NCBI GenBank assembly: GCA_054661495.1
Contig: BAAFSQ010000367.1
Span: 1-8,751 of the forward strand
Reading direction: 5' to 3'
Source of the DNA: Zygophlyctis sp. KS116
Lineage: Eukaryota > Fungi > Chytridiomycota
DNA: 8,751 nucleotides
Shown: piece by piece, positions 1 to 7,900 of the stretch
How the letters are laid out: the number at the start of each line of letters is the position of its first letter
Position numbering within the stretch: position 1 is the first letter of the stretch
Made by a program: the position numbers and the translations under genes
Notes under the pieces: generated by a model
Database searches by the model: none
What the model was told of the DNA's origin: nothing
Seen by the model: the letters and a program-made list of their open reading frames with translations, nothing else

Positions 1-312
1 CACTCAAAACATCACAAATGATATTAAAGAATTGATTCGGAACAACATTTAGCCACTCATTTGTAGACAATAAGACAATAATTTGATCAAATTAATAGAT
101 AATTGTTTTGAGAATGGGGAATTCTGAAGCGATCGCCAGTAGTATATATTTAGATGATATGGCAAATGGTCTACTGTCTGTTGCTATAACGGTAAATAGT
201 GATGAGCGCGTCGCTCCCAAATTAAATATCAATTGGTGGTTTCGGACGTCTTTGAGTCATATTCAAATCTACATTTGGCAGAAATCAATTTATAAATATA
301 ACAAGGATTGAA

Positions 313-2993
313 ATGATTAAAAAGGATGAAGATTCACAGTATTTAAATCAGCTCGTGAGAGAATTAACAGATGTATCAAACTCAGAAACCGAAGTCGAAA
401 ATTTCGATCATGTTTCTTATATTATTAAACAAGTCTTTGAGACTGAAAGAGAAGTTGCTTTTACTGATTCTCTCTCAAAATATGTGACTGTAAAGAATTC
501 GGAAATTGAAAGCGTTTGTTCTATTCATTATCAGGAATTTGTCCAGTCAATAGATCAGCTATTGAAAGTAAGGACAAGTACTAATAGCTTTAAAAATGAA
601 ATCCTGGAATTAAATAGTCAAGTACAGAATGCTGGACAGAAATTAGTCGAAAAAGTAACAATAGCTTTACTAATGTTAGAAAAAAGAAATTATCGAGACT
701 AGAAGAACTCTACTGAATGTAGAATTGGCTCTAGAAACTATGCATTCTTGTCTTTTTATTTTGGATATGGCTAATAAGGTTCAGACTAGAGTAGAGAATG
801 GAAAATATTATACTGCATTAAAGGTAAGAATGGATGAAATTTAAAATCTAGTTACTAGAGACATTGGAAGAAAAACATTTGAAAAACATGAAGGAATTTT
901 CCTTTGTACAAAAGATGATTGATAGCATTCCAGTCACACAAGAAATTATAAGGACTGCTGTTTTGAGAGAAATGAGAGATTGGTTTTTAACTCTAAAGGA
1001 TTCTACAAATTTAGTTGGAAAGGAGGCTCTTAGATTAGCATTGCAGAAAAATCTATTGGAATTAGAGAAATACACTTCAGATGAAAATGTAGGAGAATCA
1101 AATCTAGAAAATAGTCAAGATTTGATTTTTGATACGGATTCTCTAATTGATTTTACTCCTTTGCATCAATGTATTCACATTCATGACTTTTTAGGAAAAG
1201 GGAGTCTATTAAAGGTATATATAAACTCTAAAGTAATAGATGATTTATGATGAAAATAGGAGACTTCAAGCAGAGGATCATTTGAAACGATTTTTCACTT
1301 TTAAAAATGGAAATTATCAAGAGTTTCAAGAATATATGGAGGGGATAGCTGGATTTTTTATAATAGAAACTGTAGTTATGGAATCTACCCGAGATTTTAG
1401 GTCAAGACATCAAGTGGAACAATTGTGGGATATTTCAACGACAAAGCTTTTAAAGATTATAAGTGATAGCTTGTATGAATGCCCTGATCCGGATATAATT
1501 CTTGATATAAAGCAGACTGTAGTGTCTTTTATTCATACTATGCAGGTATAAATTTTCAATTTATGCTAGATTTATGGCTATCTGGTTGGTAGCTTAATGG
1601 ACCTTATGGTCTCCTTGCTTGATACATGGGCAAAACTTGTCAAATTAGCTTACACCAAAAATTTAATCGAGGTTGGCAATATATACTAATTCTGAAGGTT
1701 TTGGATGAAGATGACTATTCACCAATGACAATCAAAAATAAGGAAGAGTATGAGGCAATAAAATTTGGATATCCAAATATTGCAAAAGAAATAAAGAAGG
1801 GTAAAAGAACTTATCTATCTGATTCTTTAGAGGGGAAAATAGAAACAGCAGATGATAATATCCCTAGGAGAGGACGCAATGTTCAAAAGGAAACTTCCCA
1901 GATACGGTATATGAATGTTTATAATTCATCATTTAGCTATCCAGTGGACCTGCCTTATTCACGCTCATTTCCGGCAAGCTGCTCACTTATTAGAAGGTTT
2001 ATTGGTGCATTCTTTAGTTTTGCAGAAGGATTTCAACAACAAAGCCACGAGATCGATGATATGCTAAAAAAATCACTTGAAAATATTCTTGTGCAGTCTC
2101 TTAATGGGACTCTTTTACGAATACTTTCTAAGGGTACGATATCTATTGCAATTCAGATATTTATCAATGCACCATATTGGATAAAAGCATGTGAATTTTT
2201 TGAAGACTTGCTGATGGAGAGAAGGTAATTTCACTAATTTTTTAATGATAGACCACAAATGGCTGCCAGAGTGGTTCTTCAAGCTACCCAAGCTTTTGAT
2301 GACACGAGAGCTGCGGCTGAAAAGAGAATCCATGAGATCATCTGTCAAAAAATGGACGAATTTCTTGAAATGGAAGACTATAATTGGACCACAACATCAT
2401 TATCCTTTCAACCAAGTGCATATTTGGAAGGTATGTTATTTCATGCTGTAATTGTAAGATTTGGCCAACTATTTGAGGGCTATAGGCTCAAGCAGCTTAA
2501 CTGCATTGCCTGAAACAATGCATTCTTCTATCTATAGAGAAGCATTTGCATATTTTTCTCAGACCCTTTTATCTTATTTAAGTGGACCAGTAGTCAAAAA
2601 AATATCCTTTGAGTTTCTAACTCAATTATCAGCAGATCTAAAATACATTGAATCATTAATCAAGCAAGATTATCCGTACCTCCAGGAGGAAGAAATGTTT
2701 TTGGAAATGATTCAGGTAAGTTTTGTATACTAATAATAAAGTTGATTAATTTTGTACAATTGGGAGAGTATGATGCATTTTTTGATGCAGCTGTTAGAGC
2801 CAAAAAATACAGTAAATTTCGAACACAAACTCTAATTCTTGTCATGGAAAAGTAAGTTTCTTATCTAAAAAACAGGTTCCGTGAAGAAATCTCATTCTTT
2901 TCCTCCATTTCACTTGAACAAAGAAACAGATCCAAGAAAATCGAAGCTTTTATTTTAGCATTAAAAGCAAAATACTCTGCCACAACCAAATAA
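313..2993 (+). CDS. SEC15: Exocyst complex subunit Sec15 (EXOC6 family), 12 exons, about 795 aa
   Basis: Exons 313-654, 680-823, 852-1214, 1240-1545, 1570-1671, 1698-1800, 1831-1906, 1937-2224, 2252-2430, 2459-2715, 2742-2851 and 2876-2993 join to 2388 nt in one open frame ending in TAA. Recognisable Sec15 segments: EIESVCSIHYQEFVQSIDQLLKVR, IDFTPLHQCIHIH, YDENRRLQ, IAGFFIIE, EDDYSPM, AEKRIHEIICQKMDEFLE, PSAYLEDLANYL. Two 30-nt introns (1801-1830, 1907-1936) are in frame and less certain. Confidence 0.93.
655..2875 (+). other. Eleven spliceosomal micro-introns in SEC15 (24-30 nt)
   Basis: 655-679 (25), 824-851 (28), 1215-1239 (25), 1546-1569 (24), 1672-1697 (26), 1801-1830 (30), 1907-1936 (30), 2225-2251 (27), 2431-2458 (28), 2716-2741 (26), 2852-2875 (24). 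All are GT..AG. Nine are required to remove a stop or frameshift. Several carry a CTAAT/CTGAT branch-like motif. Confidence 0.88.
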
Positions 2994-3087
2994 AAAGCAG
3001 TAATCGTACATTTTTCTAATCTGTTTTCTGCCATAACTTTATGAATTGATAAAATTACGTAAAAGTTAATCCCAAACCGAGGAAATA

Positions 3088-4217
3088 CTAGATTTTTTTC
3101 AGTATAAACATGATTTTCTCTAAAAGAATCGTATTTTCTTGACAATTTCCAACAGTTATCCTCAAACAACCATGACAGCCAACTTCATTCCCACGAAAAC
3201 GAACAACAATACCCATTTCATCTGCTAAACTCTTATATAAAGACATTGCTGCATCATTAGATGGAACCCCATCAGAATCCAAAACTTGAACAAGAATAAA
3301 ATTGGCATCATTCCCTCCCAAAATCTTTCCTAATCCATTAATCTTCTTAAACTCTTCCTGTAGTCTCTCCCTTTCCTGTAAAATCTTGTCTATATTATTT
3401 CTAACCACGTCTATATTAGCAGGAGACAATGCAGAAATTGCAATTTCAGAAGATGGTAAAGAAATATTATAAGGAGCTTTAGTATTTCTAAAAAGCTTAA
3501 TAATCTCATTAGAAGCAAAAGCCATCCCAATTCTTTACAATTTAAAAATAAAAATAAATACCTTATTCCAGCCAATCCAAAAGCTTTAGAAAGAGTTTTA
3601 GAAACAATTAAATTTGGATACTCCTTCACCAAAGATACTAGACTATCATTAGGAGAACAAAAATCAATATAAGCTTCATCTACGACCACAATCCCATCAA
3701 AAGCTTCAATTAAACTTTTAATATCAGATTTCCTTAATAATGTCCCAGTTGGATTCCCAGGAGAACATAAAAAAATAATTTTTACACTTTTATCTGATAA
3801 TTCCTTTAATATTCCTCCTACATCCAATTGAAAATCAGAATCTAAATTTACTTTTACAATTTCAACATCATTAATTTTAGCAACAACCGAATACATTCCA
3901 TACGTAGGAGGAGTAATTAGAATACGATCCTTTCCAGGCCTACAGAATATTCTTACAGCCAAATCCAAAACTTCATCTGACCCAACCCCAACAAAAACAG
4001 AATTTAAATCTACAGAATGCAAGGCAGCCATCCTTTCTACGAGTTTAATTTGATGAGGATCAGGATATCTTGAATATTCCTCTCTTGAGAAATTCCCAAA
4101 TGAATTTTCATTTGCATCCAATAGAATCCCACTGGAATAATCATCTCTAGCACATCTATATGGCGTCAATTCTAGAATATTTGGACGAACAATTTGCAAA
4201 AGATTGAATTTGGTCAT
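3088..4217 (-). CDS. HIS5: Histidinol-phosphate aminotransferase (PLP-dependent, class I/II), 2 exons, 366 aa
   Basis: Exons 4217-3562 and 3532-3088 with a 29-nt intron at 3561-3533 (GTATTT...TAAAG) total 1101 nt. Motifs: PYRCARDDY (typical of fungal His5), LLDANEN, RYPDPHQ, GVGSDE, PPTYGMY, CSPGNPTG, VVVDEAYIDF, PLP-lysine motif TLSKAFGLAGIRIG (restored by splicing), and CLRITVG. Confidence 0.95.
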
Positions 4218-4378
4218 CGTTTGACCTAGAAGTAAACCTACTTTTTAAAAATAAAACTGAAAGAGATTTACTCCTTTAAAATATTCTATATTAAATTCCC
4301 TCCCTAATTTTATATTTATAATTATAATTATAATTGAGTTCCTTGAGTACTTAAATCCCCTACGTAAAAGAATACGCG
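4218..4378. promoter_or_regulatory. Putative bidirectional promoter between HIS5 and the orphan/MCM8 unit
   Basis: 161-bp AT-rich gap between divergent start codons (4217 on -, 4379 on +). Contains palindromic (TTATAA)x3 at 4316-4333, TTAAATYCCCT at 4291-4301 and 4351-4361, and ACGCG at 4374-4378. Function is inferred from position only. Confidence 0.5.
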
Positions 4379-4986
4379 ATGATTCAAGCTCTTGGAGACT
4401 CTTCCAGTCAAATCCCTGAAATTAAAGTAGAAAATTCTTACAAGAGTGTTTGTATTCTTATAAATTCAGTGTCTCTGTAATTTCTATAAAGTTTAACTCT
4501 AGTTTTCAAATTTGGAAAGAAACTCAACCTGAATTATTATGGTATTGTGAAAATAATTTTAAAGCAAATCATATTAATATTTCTATTTCTGGGGAATCTA
4601 ATATTCTTTTAGAATTAAATATTCCTCTATATTCAGTGTCTGATTTAGAGACTGAAATTTCAAATGGAACTTTAATTTCTAAAATTGATTCTATTCATGG
4701 TCTGCCTCCAAAATCTAAAAAATCTAAAATTCTAAAATCTGTATTTGGACTAGCTGTTGAAAGGAAATTAACAAATATTTCAGATTTGGAATCTAGATTA
4801 ATTCAATTAGAGCTAAAGGAAAGAGCTCAATCTATTGATATTAAAGCTCTAGTACAGGATTTATCTAATTTTCAAATTCATTTTTTTAAGAAATTAAGTG
4901 AATTAGAGGCTAAAGTGGACTTGAATTTGAATAATTTAGAGTCAAAGACTGAGAAACTGGAGAAAATATTAATTAAATATACATGA
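4379..4986 (+). CDS. Hypothetical protein, about 193 aa, with a predicted C-terminal coiled coil
   Basis: ATG at 4379, exon 4379-4476, 26-nt intron 4477-4502 (GTAATT...TTTAACTCTAG), exon 4503-4986. Splicing joins MIQALGDSSSQIPEIK... in frame to the long ORF 4450-4986. The C-terminus is heptad-like (ISDLESRLIQLELKE, LSELEAKVDLNLNNLESKTEKLEKIL). No family recognised with confidence. Confidence 0.62.
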
Positions 4987-7900
4987 CTCATTCTAATAAA
5001 AGTAATAAATTGGGAGGAAGCAATGCATCCTTTGTTTTTGATAAGGATGAATCATGGATACAATTGAATGAAACTCTTCAAGTAGAATCTAAAGACGTAA
5101 ATCAGGAATTGACCTCTGAATTTATTAAAATATTGTCAAATATTGATGGAATAGACTCTACAGTAGACTATACAAGTCTTGAAAGTATAATGGATTTTGG
5201 GAATTTACTAAAAACAGATCCTGGTCAAGTACTGGTTTGTTTAAGAGAAGCTGGAAAAGTATTTAAAAAGGAATTTAGAATGGTAAATTATCCTGTGATT
5301 ACTCCTCTTAAAGAGATTAAAGCAAATGTAATTGGACAATTTGTTGCAATTCAAGGATCAGTGATTCGTGTTTCTCAAGTCTTGCCAAAAGTACATTCAA
5401 TGAATTTTATTTGTGTTAAATGTGGAGCTTGTACATTACAAGAATTTAAAGATGGGAAATTTAATACTCCTTTGAAATGTTGTACTTTTGGTTGTAAAGG
5501 AAGAGTTTTAGTTCCGGACAGATCAAATTCTACAGTCACTATAGATTGGCAGAAAATTAAGATTCAAGAGAAATTATATTTGGAAAATGCTGAAAGTGGT
5601 CAAGTTCCAAGGACTATAGATGTTGAATTAACAGGGGATTTAGTAGATTCTATAATACCAGGAGATGTAGCAACAATTACTGGAATTGTTAAAGTACTTT
5701 CTAAAGAACAAGGTTTGGCATTCTCAATTAATTTAAGGAAATTTTAAATCAATTGGAAATCAATTATATCAATTATATATTGATGTTCATTCAATTAGTA
5801 AAGCAAAAGAGACAATAGAAAATGATGAAAATGAAATTAAAGATAATATTTCTTTTTCTGTAAAGGATTTATATGGGATACGTGAAATTAAACAATCAGG
5901 ATTAGATACTATAAAATTGCTTGTTAATTCTTTCTGTCCAAAAATTTTCGGACAAGAGTTGGTAAAATTAGGTCTTTTATTGGTTTTATTTGGTGGAAGG
6001 AATAGAGAGGATTCTACACATGGTGTTAGTATTAGATCCCAGCCACATATTCTAATTGTGGGTGATCCTGGTTTGGGAAAGTCTCAACTCTTGTCGCAAA
6101 CTGTAAAAGTTGCACCGAGAGGCGTTTATGTGTATGGTGATACTGCTACAGCCGCTGGGCTTACTGTAAACGTTTGCAAGGATCCAGACTCTGGAGATAT
6201 GGCATTAGAAGCTGGTGCGCTTGTTTTAGGAGATCAGGGAATCTGCTGTATTGATGAATTTGATAAAATGAATGATTTTTCAGTTTTATTAGAAGCAATG
6301 GAACAACAATCCATAAGTATTGCCAAAGCTGGAGCTTCGTGTACTTTACCTGTCCGGACAAGTGTAATTGCTGCTGCTAATCCAGTTGGAGGACATTACA
6401 AGTACATTTTATTACTCTAATCATAGCAAAGCTAAAACCGTATCAGAAAATCTTAAAATGAGTGGCCCTATTCTTTCGAGATTTGATCTTGTATTCATTC
6501 TGCTGGTAAGTATTTAAAAAGGAATTTAGAATGGTAAATTATCCTGTGATTACTCCTCTTAAAGAGATTAAAGCAAATGTAATTGGACAATTTGTTGCAA
6601 TTCAAGGATCAGTGATTCGTGTTTCTCAAGTCTTGCCAAAAGTACATTCAATGAATTTTATTTGTGTTAAATGTGGAGCTTGTACATTACAAGAATTTAA
6701 AGATGGGAAATTTAATACTCCTTTGAAATGTTGTACTTTTGGTTGTAAAGGAAGAGTTTTAGTTCCGGACAGATCAAATTCTACAGTCACTATAGATTGG
6801 CAGAAAATTAAGATTCAAGAGAAATTATATTTGGAAAATGCTGAAAGTGGTCAAGTTCCAAGGACTATAGATGTTGAATTAACAGGGGATTTAGTAGATT
6901 CTATAATACCAGGAGATGTAGCAACAATTACTGGAATTGTTAAAGTACTTTCTAAAGAACAAGGTTTGGCATTCTCAATTAATTTAAGGAAATTTTAAAT
7001 CAATTGGAAATCAATTATATCAATTATATATTGATGTTCATTCAATTAGTAAAGCAAAAGAGACAATAGAAAATGATGAAAATGAAATTAAAGATAATAT
7101 TTCTTTTTCTGTAAAGGATTTATATGGGATACGTGAAATTAAACAATCAGGATTAGATACTATAAAATTGCTTGTTAATTCTTTCTGTCCAAAAATTTTC
7201 GGACAAGAGTTGGTAAAATTAGGTCTTTTATTGGTTTTATTTGGTGGAAGGAATAGAGAGGATTCTACACATGGTGTTAGTATTAGATCCCAGCCACATA
7301 TTCTAATTGTGGGTGATCCTGGTTTGGGAAAGTCTCAACTCTTGTCGCAAACTGTAAAAGTTGCACCGAGAGGCGTTTATGTGTATGGTGATACTGCTAC
7401 AGCCGCTGGGCTTACTGTAAACGTTTGCAAGGATCCAGACTCTGGAGATATGGCATTAGAAGCTGGTGCGCTTGTTTTAGGAGATCAGGGAATCTGCTGT
7501 ATTGATGAATTTGATAAAATGAATGATTTTTCAGTTTTATTAGAAGCAATGGAACAACAATCCATAAGTATTGCCAAAGCTGGAGCTTCGTGTACTTTAC
7601 CTGTCCGGACAAGTGTAATTGCTGCTGCTAATCCAGTTGGAGGACATTACAAGTACATTTTATTACTCTAATCATAGCAAAGCTAAAACCGTATCAGAAA
7701 ATCTTAAAATGAGTGGCCCTATTCTTTCGAGATTTGATCTTGTATTCATTCTGCTGGTAAGTATTTTTGAAATTAAACTTAGGATAAACCAGATCCAAAC
7801 CGGGATAGGTTCTTATCCGAACATATTATGCAGGTATGACATGTATACTGATTATGCTATAGATGCTTCATTACGGCAAATCTACTGCGGCAGTGAATTA

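Noticed and set aside
204-216. GAGCG-CGT-CGCTC hairpin in a slightly GC-richer patch
   Set aside because: Only a 5-bp stem, with no tRNA cloverleaf or snRNA motif around it.
253-260. Gcn4/AP-1-like TGAGTCAT (also ATGACTCA at 4983-4990 and TGACTCA near 8397)
   Set aside because: Not located in the HIS5 promoter where it would be expected, and the other copies are in coding sequence. Likely chance.
108-311. 67-aa ORF whose TGA ends 1 nt before the SEC15 ATG, possibly a second tight stop/start junction or uORF
   Set aside because: No recognisable homology. It starts at TTG, and I could not build a consistent upstream exon chain with 24-30 nt introns. It needs upstream sequence or RNA data.
313-2993. 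Fragmented ORFs read as pseudogenes, programmed frameshifts or an alternative genetic code
   Set aside because: Every break is resolved by a GT-AG micro-intron that restores conserved motifs, and TAA, TAG and TGA all appear as terminal stops.
848-3169. Minus-strand ORFs 848-1075, 2115-2348, 2660-2845 and 2861-3169, and plus-strand 2245-2451
   Set aside because: Shadow or off-frame ORFs overlapping SEC15 or HIS5, with no recognisable motifs.
3088-4217. HIS5 as a recent bacterial horizontal transfer because it is intron-poor
   Set aside because: It has the fungal-type PYRCARDDY N-terminus and a native-style 29-nt intron.
4709-4740. AAAATCT-like short repeats in the orphan, and TCAATTATA x2 near 5760
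   Set aside because: Low-complexity coding sequence (KSKKSKILKS, QLYQLY), not an array.
5259-5278. Possible 20-nt intron GTATTTAAAAAGGAATTTAG in the first MCM8 exon
   Set aside because: The frame is already open and MCM-like on both sides, and removing it would cause a frameshift.
6161-7612. Duplicated 66-aa minus-strand ORFs (6161-6361, 7412-7612), and the repeat read as a transposon or LTR
   Set aside because: They are antisense shadows of the MCM8 Walker B region. The repeat is pure MCM8 sequence with no terminal repeats or transposase.
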